Shown piece after piece: positions 51,951-64,000 of a stretch of 64,000 bases of DNA (its first letter is position 1; each line of letters starts with the position of its first letter). Made by a program: the position numbers and the translations under genes. Location: the NCBI RefSeq assembly GCF_964204645.1, contig NC_134034.1, positions 6,484,914 through 6,548,913 on the forward strand, given 5' to 3'. Source of the DNA: Tubulanus polymorphus. Lineage: Eukaryota > Animalia > Nemertea. The notes below the pieces were generated by a model, which made no database searches, was not told where the DNA came from, and saw only the letters and a program-made list of their open reading frames with translations.

Positions 51951-52103
51951 CTTAAAATACATCTAATAACTTCTAAAATAAATTTTGATAAAAAATATGT
52001 TATTAAAATCGAGAGTAAACAAGTACACAGTGAATTCTTAAATAGAATAAAAGATACTTCAAACGTCAAATCTGTAGATTATAAATTTAAGAAGTTAACA
52101 GAA

Positions 52104-54837
52104 CACGTTCGCTGCCACCGCTAGCGGTTGAGTCCGGTCGCCATTGCCAACGCTAATTTTTTACATTATACAGTTTATATGCTGCCAGCACTATTTGTAC
52201 ATTGATAAATCATTACACCGATGTATTTTAGTATAAAAAAACCGACGACGAGATAACTCGTCACTGGCAATAGTGAAGAGATTCTCTTATTTTTCCTGTC
52301 CCCGTTGCTAGTGACAAGTTATCTCGTCATGGCTTTTTTAACAGGGATCGAACAATGTAGTAAATATAAAGCCTACTATTGTTTCTAAGGTAAATGAGAC
52401 CCATATAAATGCTAGACACACATGCCCATTACAAAATGGCGTGGCTGACGGCATCGCAAGTGACTGATATGCTGATGGATTCTGCGACGGAGCATACGAC
52501 AGACTCCGACGACGATGTTGGATCCGAAAAATCGGATGCTGGTGATGATACTGGTACCGGTAATGTCACTACTGGCAATGAATCCCAACTGGGATCATCA
52601 GTCCTGGAAGACTCAGGAGAAAGTTCAGATTCTGATGAGTCAGATGGTCCCGATGAGTCAAGTGGAGATAACTACCACAACTCATCAGGATCCACTGAAA
52701 GTGAAGATAATTTGGTACCAGGACCCCGAGTTCGCGGCACAGGAGTCCGTACAAGAGGTGGAGGAGTCCGTACAAGAGGAGGAACATCACAAGCTCGTGG
52801 GCGCCCAAGAGGTCGACTAAGAGGTGCGGTGAGAGGACTGAGAGGTGGGACAATATCCCCACCCCCAGGAACTAGAGGCCCCAGAAAGCGTCTGAGAGAT
52901 GGTGCCATAATCGCCCGAGCTGGTGTAACAGCTGGACGTATCTGTCGGGGTCGAGTTGGTCGTCAGAATCCGGCCGCCCAACGTGCTGCTCAGCCTGGTC
53001 GCCCAGCTGGACCACAAGCAAGAGTCCACCAGTGGACAAATGTGCCGGAAGATGCTCCCAATTTTGCTTTCAATCAAAATCCAGGACTCATAAATCCCCC
53101 ACTAGATGGAAAACCAAATGACTACTTTGAGATGTTCCTCAACCAAGATCTGATAGATATGATGGTCAGAGAGACAAACAGATACGCTAGAGGTGTTATC
53201 AACGTAAATCGGCCAATGAGGAGAGAATCAAGACTGAAAGCTTGGAAGCCTACCGACGCCGAAGAGATGAAGCTATTTATCGGTCTACTCATGCATATGG
53301 GCCCAGTTACAATGCCCACATTAGAATATTATTGGAGTAAGAGTGGGCTTTACAATATTCCAATATTTGGCAAGGTTATGCCTCGTAATCGCTTTCAATT
53401 ACTTCTGCGATTCTGGCATTTTGTAGATAACAATCAGCAACACGACGATCGCTTGTATAAGATACGGCCAATTTGGATCATTTTGCCAATATAATGGACA
53501 ATATTTACTACCCCAAAAAAGAACTAAGTATTGATGAATCAATGGTTCTTTGGCGCGGTAGGCTGGTTTTCCGCCAGTATATAATAAAGAAACGCCACAA
53601 ATATGGCATCAAGTTATATGAACTTTGTGAGTCACGTGGACTCATTTTGAGAGTTCGTATATACAGCGGCATCCAGGTTCCAGATCCCGACAGTCTTGGA
53701 CAGGCTGCTGCTGTAGTTCTTGACCTCATGGAAGGATTCTTTGACCACGGACATGTGGTTTTTACTGATAATTTTTACAACTCTGTCAGTTTGGCAAAAA
53801 AAATGACTGACAGATCAACCTATTTATGTGGTACACTGCGTTTTGATAGGAAGGAAAATCCCAAAGATGTTGTGAAGAAAAAGCTAAAAAAAAGGCGAGC
53901 ATCATTGGCTAAGATCGCAATCAGTTGTAGTTTCTAAATGGAAAGATAAACGGGACGTTCTTACTATTTCAAATATGCACCGTGTAGAAATGGTCCCAGT
54001 TACAAATCGAAACGGCAAAATTGCAAACAAGCCAAACATTGTCCGCGACCACAACAATGGAATGTCTGGAATCGATAGAGCCGATCAGATGCTCTCCTAC
54101 TATACAGCCCTCAGAAAAACTGCACGTTGGTATAAAAAAATTGGCACACACATGCTTGAGATTTTCCTTCTGAATGCCTTTATCTTGTATCATGATTATT
54201 GTCAAGCTGATGACAGAATGACATTGCTGAAATTTCGTCAAGCTATCACATGTAGTCTTCTTGGTAACTTTGTTGAACCGGCACCTCATGTAGCTCAGGC
54301 TGCAGTGCAGCATTTCCCTATGTTTATAGAACCCACAGGCAATTAACAATACCCAACTCGTAGATGTCGTGTCTGCTATAATAACAACATTCGACGAGAA
54401 ACACGATACATGTGTAACGCATGTCCCACTAATCCAGCCTTGTGCGTTGACCCCTGTTTTCAGATGTACCAACTTGTTAACTGGTAAAATTGTGAACGAT
54501 CAAATGGTTAATTAAAGGAATAAAAGTTTTATTGTAAAACTAATATACAATGATCTTAGTCGTTTTATTCTCTCTAAATATCGGCCGGAGTCTGAAATTC
54601 GTGCTTCCTGGAGATTTTTTATAAAAAAAATTCAAGTGTGCACCAAACTCGAGTTACCCCCATAAATTTTATATTTGTCTCTCCATACTGCCAGACTATT
54701 ATTTAGCCGGTTTCTCGCCTCTGCCAGGTCGTTCATAACGCTATGAAATGACGTTGAATCGATGACGATATAACTCGTCATGGCAAGCTGCGGTGCACCC
54801 GCCATGACGATTTATCTCGTCATTGGCAGCGAACGTG
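52104..54837 (+). mobile_element. piggyBac DNA transposon
   Basis: TIR CACGTTCGCTGCCA / TGGCAGCGAACGTG; TTAA at 54838; subterminal GACGAGATAACTCGTC-like palindromes at both ends. Confidence 0.93.
52436..54488 (+). pseudogene. piggyBac (PGBD4-like) transposase, frameshifted
   Basis: SIDESM, KYGIK, TDNFYNS, GIDRADQ, C-terminal CRVC..CNAC..LCVDPCF. Confidence 0.92.
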
Positions 54838-54896
54838 TTAAATTGCTTGGATACCTCTACCGTTACGATCTGTTTACTCTTATTCTTTATTAACAG

Positions 54897-55637
54897 TCGA
54901 TGGTGAGGTTTTCACACTGAAACTGGGTAATGGTGTTAAGGTTGATTTGTTAAAGCCAGCAAGATCGAAACCAAAACCTACAGATGATGGTGTGAAGAAC
55001 TACGGTCACCTTATATTACAGACCGGCTTATTGTTCAAAGACTTATTAGATATGTCCCATCTACCAGAGCAAAAAAGAGGGATACGTTTGTTTAAATTTA
55101 TAATGCTGTATCTGAAAAGCTACAAGAATCTCTCGAAGTATGCCTACGAAATTATGCGTATTCTAGTCCACCAGATCTGTTTACTTTCACCGCAAAAGGC
55201 GTCTGAAGAATTTTATGGTATTTTTGTCAACACAACTGGTTCTGTAACTGGACACATACCCGTTGATAAACGAATGGAGTATCTTGTGCAACAAGTCAAA
55301 AGGCACATTAAGCACTCGTTTTCGAACAAGGACGCTAAAACGATTATCAAGAAGTCATCAGCATTAGCTGGCGTTGCAGTGATTTCAGAAAACTTCGATC
55401 AAATAAGCGATACTCGTGTAAGGTTTGACAAACATTCCGACAAATCTTCATTACTCGATGAACAAGTGATGTTGAATGACCTTAGAACAATTCGTCCGTT
55501 CGAATATGTTGCTGGGAGACGTCACGAAAATTTTCCACCAGAGGCGCAGTGTTACTAGAACATTAGATGCCTATCATTATCACAAATGGCTGGAAACCAA
55601 AAAAAAACAACAGTTTGCACTTGAATTAGGAAATTAA
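54897..55637 (+). pseudogene. Academ transposase last exon
   Basis: taacag acceptor; DDGVKNYG, KYAYE, FVNTTG..HIPVDKRMEYLV. Confidence 0.72.
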
Positions 55638-55672
55638 ATGTTACTTATTGAATATGATCATGCCTGGTTTTA

Positions 55673-57343
55673 TTATTTTTTGAAGTGCGACAAAATACTA
55701 TCTACATTTTCAGCGTATATAGGTTTTAAGAAACAAAAGTTATTCACAATGTCACTAGGTGCGTTCAGGGTGTTGAATTTTTGCGCAATTTGTTCCGCTA
55801 AACTCTCAGTTAATCCTGTAAAAATTTCCGCATCGACGTATTCCATTTCAATTGATCTGTTCTCTTCCTCGAAGTAGGACATCAGCAGCTCCTTTACTTT
55901 AGATTTATAGGGTGTTTCAGGTGTGTAGTATAATCCTTCAATTTTTCTGAAATGTTTACTAAGCATTCATCACATTCACATTGTTTTTCACACACGTCGC
56001 AGCAGTCATGTTTAAGTCCACTAAAGACTTGTTCATTGAAGCCAAAATTTTGGCAAACATATAAGCAGCGACACGTATTTAGTAAGCAATATTGCCTCAT
56101 TTCTGGCGATACATGGGTATTTGTTGCTATGTCATTCATGTTAAAAAAGATTCTTGCCAAACATTTTTCTTGATTTCTCCCAGCTCGTCCGATTTCTTGA
56201 AGATAAACTGTAACCAAAATAAAAATGTATTAAATTCACAATTTGTGGACACCGGTTCATCTGAGTTGATAAAGCAATCAGGCAGGTAAGGATTTTTTAT
56301 TTTGTTTTGATAAGATATGGAAACATTGAAAACATTGATGGTTGGTAGACACAATACAGTAGTAGAGATAGAATAACCCGCAGGCATACACTCCAACGCA
56401 GAGATTATATGATTAAAACCCAATTCAAATTTAAGAGTTAAAAAACAATTTTTCAAAAAAGAGAACGTTTCAAAGTTTAATGTAGAATTTTGTTTCTAAT
56501 GTTTTAAATTAGTACAAAGTGGGTTTTAATAATATAATGATACTTTACCTTCCAATGAATTTGGGGATCCTATGTGTATGATCTGACATATGCCTCGTGC
56601 ATCAGCTCCCATTCCCTACGCTTCTGTAGCTATTAATAACCGAATTTTGCCTTCTGCTTGGTTCATATCAGTGCCTATACATTTCTTCATCTGTAATACA
56701 ATGTATGTAATATTAAATTTTATATAGGCCTATTTTTATTGGGTCAATCAGACACAAGATGGCCCTCCCGTGAGCTTCCTAATCGCATCATTTTTCAATT
56801 CACTGAAATTTGTAATCTACTTTCGTAAGGGATTTGTATTTCAAATGTGTACTTTGAAATGTGTATTGATAGCTGAAAAATAAATTTTATTGTTTTACTA
56901 CTGATTATCAAGCTTACCTCTGCTGTTGAGGTTGGATGAAACTGAGACACTAACTCCATTTTTTTCGGGATGATTTCTAACTACCGACTGTTGGTAGATG
57001 TGGTCAAAAAGTAATCCACACCATTTCAGCTTGACATATATAATAGTCCTCGGGAAATCAGTACTTTCGAAAAACAAATTAATCACATGTTTGGCCGTTT
57101 CTAAAAATACCATTTCAGCTGAATGGTGTTGACTTGGAGACATTCTTTTCACTACTGACCGTTTTATGTTCTCTCTGTCAGGATTTGCACAAATTGTAAC
57201 ATAGTTTTGTATCAACAGATTTATTTTGATTTCATCCTGCATTCTTACAGTTGCAGTTCCTGTCATCGCAATAAATTTTGCACTTATATATATGCTATTA
57301 ACTTCGATAACTGATGGTATTCTGGTCGAAACTTTTCACCCCA
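55673..57343 (-). pseudogene. RecQ-like SF2 helicase of AcademH, spliced, disrupted
   Basis: WGEKFRPEY, MTGTAT, NPDRENI, ATEA*GMG, YLQEIGRAGR, CCDVC; GT-AG introns. Confidence 0.82.
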
Positions 57344-57345
57344 CT

Positions 57346-57722
57346 AGTAATAGGGGTAATAGGCTTTCAAATCAAAGGTCGAACGGTCGAAATCATTAAA
57401 AAACAAAATATTAAAAGTAATTTAAAACTATAATATATTTTCATAACCGTGTGCATTTCATATTATAACTAAATATTTATTCTAAGATATTAATAATTTT
57501 AATTTTAAAAGCATATTGTATTAAATCAATTGGTCGCTCCGCTTCGCTACCGCTCCGCTCCGCGACCAATTGATTTATTACAATACACAAATTCATAATC
57601 AAATATATTTTAATAATAATAATTATTCTATTATTCAACTGAAATGCACACGGTTATGGAAATATATTATAGTTTTAAATTACTTATAATATTTTGTTTT
57701 TAATGAACTCGACCATTCAACC
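57346..57722. repeat. Long palindromic (fold-back) MITE-like element, right arm cut by the LTR insertion
   Basis: CATAACCGTGTGCATTTCA / TGAAATGCACACGGTTATG, AAATCAATTGGTCGC / GCGACCAATTGATTT and flanking arms. Confidence 0.85.
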
Positions 57723-60700
57723 TGTAGCGGGCTTATTTTCCTAACCATTTGGTTTTACTCTATTTTACTTTACGTCCGGTACGTTGTCCGGTCCGGGACC
57801 GCAGTTTAGTGTGGAGTGTGCGGGCGCGTGTTTAGAAAGTTCGTGACCTGCCCAATATATTAGTTTTACCCTCAGTTCTTGAGGCTTCACTGTCGGTGAG
57901 TGCATTCTCTATTGTTTGTTTAGGATGTATAGGCTATATTGACGTATGTTATTTCTGTGTAAATCTCCTGAGAGAATTGTATCACTGGTTTTCGAGATTG
58001 GCACTCGCATGCCAGAGGCTGATACCCCTTAAGGTTATAGGACGTTTCCTGGTCTTACTAGACTTGATTATTCGTGAGTTGATTACTTAGTATTTTTCTT
58101 AGTGTGTTTTCATTTCTTGTCTTTTTAGTCAATCGTAGTTTACTGTTTGACGTCGGATCTTGTGTGATGTCTATATGCGATGTAAAGAATGTGATCTGAG
58201 ATTTGTACTCCTGAGTCTGAGAAGAGAAAATAAACAAAAGCAGTAATAACACGCATATGACGGAAGCTAATTAGTGGTTTTATTAACTTAGTCAGAACTG
58301 AAGGATATTACATATAGACGACAACGCCACCTAAGATGTCTGATACTGGTGTTAACAACAAAATAACTGCAGAATGGATTGTCAGTGGAGGTGATGCCGA
58401 TGGCTCAGAAACCGGTAAGATTGCCGACTTAAAAAAATCGGCCCTTGACGACCAGGATGATAGGCAGTCCATCCAGTCGTCCGTGAAAACACATGACTCT
58501 ACCAAATCCAAGGCTAAGCTCGAAATAAAGCTCAAGGCCCTGAAGAGACAACAAGAACTCGAGACGCGAAAGTTGCAGTTAGAGCAGGAGCAAGCCCAGC
58601 TTGACCTTCTCACCCAAATGGAATTGGCAAGTTTAAGCGATGACGGAGATGAACGGGATTTAAACCCGAAAGCTCCCCCATTTGAGCCAGATAAGTGCCA
58701 TACACCTACGCCCCCAGGTTCGTCTACGTCGCAGGATGTCATCGCCATTGAAGGCCTGATCAACGAACTTAGAAAGCCCAAGGTGGACATCGCTAAGTTT
58801 GCCGGAGACCCGCTTCGGTATCCGAAATTCGTTCGGGAATTCACAGCGAAGGTCGTGAATTACACTAAATCTAATGCTGAAAATCTTAGTTATTTGGAGC
58901 AATATACCACCGGTGAGGCGAACGAGGTGGTGTCGGGATTTACGTTCATGGATCCTGAGGCCGGTTACTTGGCAGCTATGACTGAGTTAAAGGAGAGATA
59001 TGGTGACTCTGAGGTCATTGCGCATGCATTTATTAATAAAGCGCTTTCATGGCCCGCGATTAAACCAGACCGGCCTCGAGAATTAGATAAATTCGCGATG
59101 TTCCTTACTGAATGCAAATACGCCGTCGAGTCGCTGCAAGAAGTTAGAATTCTCGAGTACTCAGAAAATCTGAAAGGGTTAGTTTCAAAATTGCCGCGAT
59201 TTCTACACGATCGATGGAGGACGATGGTCTATTCGAACAAAGAGCGTGGTCGTTCGACAACATTTACTCAGTTAGTCGATTTCGTGCGTCGAGAGGCTCG
59301 TAAGAGTATCGACCCAGTGTACGGTCGCCAAGTATTAGATGGTGAACAAGGTAGCAAGTCTTTCGATAAGAGATACATGAAATACGATAAAGGCAAACGT
59401 GCCTATGCTACTTGTAGTACGACGTCGGTCGGTGTCGGTAGCAGCAGCGACCCTCCCTCCCAGTGTAAACCTAAGTCCGGTTATGATAAACCATGTTTAC
59501 ATTGCGGTGATGAAAGGCATAACCTACTAAATTGTGCGACGTTCGCTAACATGTCGGATTCCCAGAAAACGGAATCAATTAAGATCGCTAGACTCTGTTT
59601 CGGTTGTCTCCGTCCAGGACACATGAAAAAGTTCTGTAAACAACCGTTGAAATGTTTGAAATGCAATAGAAATCACGCAACGTTCATGCATTTCGAGAGA
59701 CCTCTACCGCGAACAACGGCGTCTGATGAGAAAATTGGTCTATCCACGACTCGGGAGGAAACAACGAATGTAGCTTCGATAATCGGACACACCAACGATG
59801 GTTACGATTCGGGAGTTCTCGCGATTGTCCCGGTGAAAGTTGGGCTACCCAACAGCCCATACAAGGTCAGTACCTATGCGTTTTATGATGGAGGTAGTTC
59901 TGGAACACACGCAACAGAACTCATAAAGTGAAAACTTTGAGCTACGGGACCGAAGGGCAAAGTTAAATTCGACACGGTTTTCGCGCGTCATGAAGGGGAT
60001 AGCTATAAAATCGGCACACTAGTCGTCTCCGACTGGAATGAAAAAGACACGGTAAAACTGAGTAAAGTGTCTACAATGAAAGACATTCGCGTTTTAAGGT
60101 CATTTATCCCGCGTCAAGAAGATATCGTGAAATGGCCGCACTTAGCCGACCTGGATATTCCTGACTTAGACATGGAGATCGGTCTCATTATAGGTTACAA
60201 CAGTGTTGATACATATCGGCCGATCGAGTTGCGTCCTGGTTCCTCAGGAACACCGTTCGCTACCAAGACTAAACTTGGTTGGGTGGTTTGGGGCCTTATT
60301 AAGGACCCAGACCCACATTCGAGACCTATGTGTAACTTTATCGCTAGTTCCACGACTACGGAGAACCTAGAAAACTTAGTTGCTACGGCTATGAAGTTCG
60401 ACTTCCCCGAAGGGCAATCCGAGGAGAAACAAGAAATGTCGGTCTTAGACAAACAGTTCATGAGTTCGATCGAAAGTTCGCTGAAGCTTAAGGACGGACA
60501 CTACGAGATCGGGCTCCCACTCCGTGAAAACTGTAAATTACCGAACAATCGAAACATGGCGTTAAAGAGTCTGATGGGTCTCAAGTCGAAATTTCGAGCG
60601 GATGGAAATTACCATGATCAGTATAAATTATTCGTGAGCGATATGATTAGGTTAGGCTACGCCGAAGTGGTTCCGGTCGAACTCAGCAATGACGAAAGTG

Positions 60701-63700
60701 TGTGGTACTTGCCACACCACGGCGTGTACCACCCCCAAAAACCTAATAAGGTGCGCGTAGTATTCGACGCCTCAGCGAAATTTCAGGGGATTGCTTTGAA
60801 TGATGTACTCTTGCAAGGCCCAGATGTCACGAATTCGTTGATTGGAGTTCTTCATCGCTTCCGCGAAGGCCAGGTGGCGCTAAAGGCCGACATCGAGAAC
60901 ATGTTTTTTCAGGTACGTGTTCCCGAAAACGACCGAGATTTCTTGAGATTCTTGTGGTTCGAAGACGGTGATATAGAGAAAGGAATCGTTTCCTTGCGCA
61001 TGAAAGTCCATATGTTTGGCGCCGTCAGTTCGCCAGCGTGTGCGAACATCGCCTTACAGCGTACGGCTACAGATAATGCGGCTAAATTCAGTACTGAAAT
61101 CGTCAAGTCGATAGCTCGAAACTTTTATGTCGATGATTTTCTTAAATGCCCATTCAAAATCGCCGAATCCGAAGAATTAGCCGTCAGTACACAAAACATT
61201 TGTAGGAAAGGTGGATTCAATCTTACGAAATGGTCATCGAACAAGAGCACTGCGTTAAATAGTATTCCCCCAGATGATCGGGTTGATGAAACTAAACAAG
61301 AGGACTCAGTCTTAGGGTTGAAATAGTCCATTGTTGATGATACATTGTCATTCATTGTCAATATGAAGAACAATCCTACTACGAGACGCGGAGTGCTGTC
61401 AACAACTAGTGCGACGTATGATCCGATAGGGTTTATCGCACCTGCAATACTGCCGGCAAAGCTGCTATTGCAGCAGCTGACTTGTCGGAAAGCTGATTGG
61501 GATGAATGTTTAAATGACACAGAGTTGATCGAATGGAAGAACTGGCTCACTGCGATGGAAAATGTTGACAAAGTCCGGGTAACCCGCAGCTTGCGTCCGT
61601 CAGGTACTGTTAACAACGAAATTATATCATGCGAAATTCACTGTTTTTCGGATGCGAGCGAAGTCGGATATGGGTCGTCGTTGTATGCTCGACTGGAAGA
61701 TAGCGATGGAAATGTCCAGTGTTCGTTGATTCTTGGTAAATCCAGGGTTGCTCCATTGAAGCGACTGTCGATTCCGCGGTTGGAGCTCACTGCAGCGGCC
61801 ATGTCGGTCCGGCTGTGTAATATGATGCTGCACGAGATCGACTTAGAAGTCACCGATACGGTTTTCTGGACTGATAGTTCCATATTCCTATGCTACATTA
61901 AAAATGAATCGAGTAGGTTTAACACATTCGTTGCGAACCGTGTCTCGTGTATTCAGCGGAGTTAAGATGTAGACAAATGGCGTCATGTTAGGACCGCTGA
62001 AAATCCGGCTGATTTGGCATCGCGTGGCATGACTCTCGATGAATCATGTTTGAATCGATGGCTTCATGGCCCTGAGTTTCTGAGTAAACCGAAATCGGAG
62101 TGGCCAGACACCCGCGTAGGCAATAACGTTTCGCTCGACGGTGATCCAGAAGTGAAGCGTGTTACAACGATCAACACTACGTTGGCTGTAGATCTGCCGG
62201 AAGACGAGCATCCAGTTGACAGAATCCTTAGACGTCGGTCGCAGTGGTCTCGTGTTAAACGTATATTGGCATGGGTCCAGCTAGCGGTGAAAAAGTTCAA
62301 GCGTCAGTCCTTAGATAAGTTCAAGCTCATAACCGCTGATTTAATCGCAGCTGAACTATTGATTATTTCGCATGTTCAAAAGCAAGACTTTCCCGAAGTC
62401 TACCGTCGCTTGGAGGAAGGTCACGAGTTAAAAAAGAAGTGTAATCTTAGGAAGTTAGATCCCAGGTTAAACAAAGATGAGGGTGTTATTAGGGTTGGTG
62501 GCCGTCTTGGTTATGCCAGTCTTGCTTATGATCAGAAACATCAAATCTTGCTAACGAGCAGATCCAGATTAGCTACAATACTGATCGAAGACGCGCATCT
62601 TAAAGTTGGTCATCTAGGTTGCGAGAGTATTCTAGCGTACCTCAGGACACGATACTGGATGACTCAAGCGCGTAAATCAATCAAAAGTTTCCGAGGGAAG
62701 TGTATCGTGTGTATCACTTCTCATAGTCCGCCTGGCAATCAGAAAATGGCGGACTTACCGATCGAGCGTGTCACGCCAGACAAACCGGCATTCGCAAACT
62801 CCGGTGCGGACTATTTCGGGCCGATCGAAATTAAAAGCGGTCGAAGCGTGGTGAAAAGGTACGGCGTGATATTCACCTATTTGGCTAGTCGCGCAATTCA
62901 CATCGAAGTAGCGTACTCGCTTGATAGCGACTCGTGTATAAATGCTACCAGGCGATTCATGGCAAGACGGGGAAATGTGAAATCGATAAGGTCGGATAAC
63001 GGTACGAATCTTGTTGCTGCTGATCGCGAATTGAAGGAATCCATTCAAGGCTGGAACGCCTCAGTTATTCATGATTCATTGCTTCAGGATGGCGTCGATT
63101 GGTCCTTCAATCCCCCTGCTGGTTCGCACTTCGGGGGTGTGTGGGAAAGGCTAATCCGTTCCGTCCGCAGAGTGTTGAGATCGTTGATGAAGGAGCAAAT
63201 GACACGCTTGGATGACGAGTCGTTTCACACGCTCCTATGCGAAGTGGAGAGTATTCTAAATAATCGGCCGATTACGAGAAACTCGTCAGACCCCGCGGAC
63301 ATGGAAGTTTTGACCCCGAACCACGTGCTGTTATATAAACCTGGTCTATGTTTACCTCCAGGTGTGTTCGTTAAGACGGACATGTACGTAAAACGCAGGT
63401 GGCGCCAGATTCAGTATTTAGCGGACATTTTTTGGAAGCGCTGGATAGCAGAGTACATTCCTACATTGCAAGTACGTCAAAAGTGGCAAACTCAAAATCG
63501 AAATGTAGCTGTCGGAGATATAGTTTTGGTAGCAGACAGTACACCAAGAAACTCGTGGGCAATGGCTAAGGTCATTGAGGTGCTTCCGGACAAATATGGT
63601 GCAGTACGCGTAGTTCGGATTAAAACTAAAACAAATGAGTTGATCCGTCCCATAGACAAGTTGGTTTTATTACTGGCGGTCGATGAGGAATAGTGTGTAA

Positions 63701-64000
63701 ACCATCCATAGTTAAGTTTTGATTGTTTAAATTTTTGACAGATGTATGTATGCCTAGTTGGTACAGTGGTATTGTATTATGTTCTTATTCCCTCACTCAG
63801 GGTGAGATGGTTTTGCCGTTAAGGTGTGTTCTAATCTGTGATGCTGCTGTATCCATTTAGTTTAGTAATAGTGGTTCATTTTGCAGCAGTGGTGTATAAT
63901 TGCTAGTTGTTATTTTCTGCTGAGTAGTTTGCGTAAATTGTATAGGATACGTACCATTCTTAAAAGGAGTGCGTTAGTAGTACTATCTTCCTGTATTAAG
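57723..64000 (+). mobile_element. BEL/Pao LTR retrotransposon; 5' LTR begins TGTAGCGG, 3' LTR beyond the window
   Basis: TG start interrupts the palindrome; gag-pol order PR-RT-RH-IN. Confidence 0.92.
58336..63693 (+). pseudogene. BEL/Pao gag-pol polyprotein (frameshift near 59930; stops at 61326 and 61965)
   Basis: FAGDP, Cys/His knuckles, YDGGS, WYLPHH, RVVFDAS, YVDD, FSDAS, IPRLEL, DYFGP, SDNGTN, GGVWER. Confidence 0.93.

Larger units (their letters stand above)
36554..52103 (+). mobile_element. Endogenous Polinton copy C with long terminal inverted repeats
   Basis: TIR/gene X, penton, membrane block, MCP, polB type 2, integrase, ATPase, inverted gene X/TIR. Confidence 0.9.
36272..57343. 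mobile_element. AcademH DNA transposon (transposase plus convergent RecQ-like SF2 helicase), host of nested insertions; termini not defined
   Basis: Spliced transposase exons on + and spliced RecQ-like helicase on -, convergent at about 55650. Confidence 0.68.

Noticed and set aside
55673-57343. Host RecQ/BLM/WRN gene
   Set aside because: Compact, disrupted and convergent with an Academ-type transposase; better explained as the AcademH helicase
52515-63048. Many short antisense or alternate-frame ORFs over piggyBac and BEL/Pao (similar ones over Polinton and Penelope genes)
   Set aside because: Shadow ORFs of recognised genes with no motifs of their own

Overview
AT-rich eukaryotic (most likely invertebrate animal) DNA made almost entirely of nested, mostly decayed mobile elements; no ordinary host gene was recognised. 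The backbone is three same-orientation endogenous Polinton/Maverick (adintovirus-like) viruses: copy A (1-~16.6 kb), copy B (~20.3-34.5 kb) and copy C (~36.55-52.1 kb). They carry protein-primed PolB, penton, a block of membrane-type proteins, major capsid protein, rve integrase with chromodomain and a packaging ATPase. Nested in or next to them are three Penelope families (with hammerhead ribozymes), an L2 LINE, a piggyBac, an AcademH transposon (transposase plus RecQ-like helicase), MITE/palindromic elements and a BEL/Pao LTR retrotransposon. The notable biology is three nucleocytovirus-like traits in these Polintons. (1) They encode a zinc-finger-fused protein that aligns by eye with poxvirus late transcription factor VLTF3 (A2L). 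(2) Nearly every gene starts at the poxvirus-type late initiator TAAATG. (3) Copy A has a LAGLIDADG intein resembling the Mimivirus PolB intein in polymerase motif C (YFD|TD), while copy B has the empty allele. Together these suggest a virophage-like Polinton lineage that uses a pox/NCLDV helper transcription system in an animal; this is inference. All homology calls were made by eye from motifs, and no database search was run.
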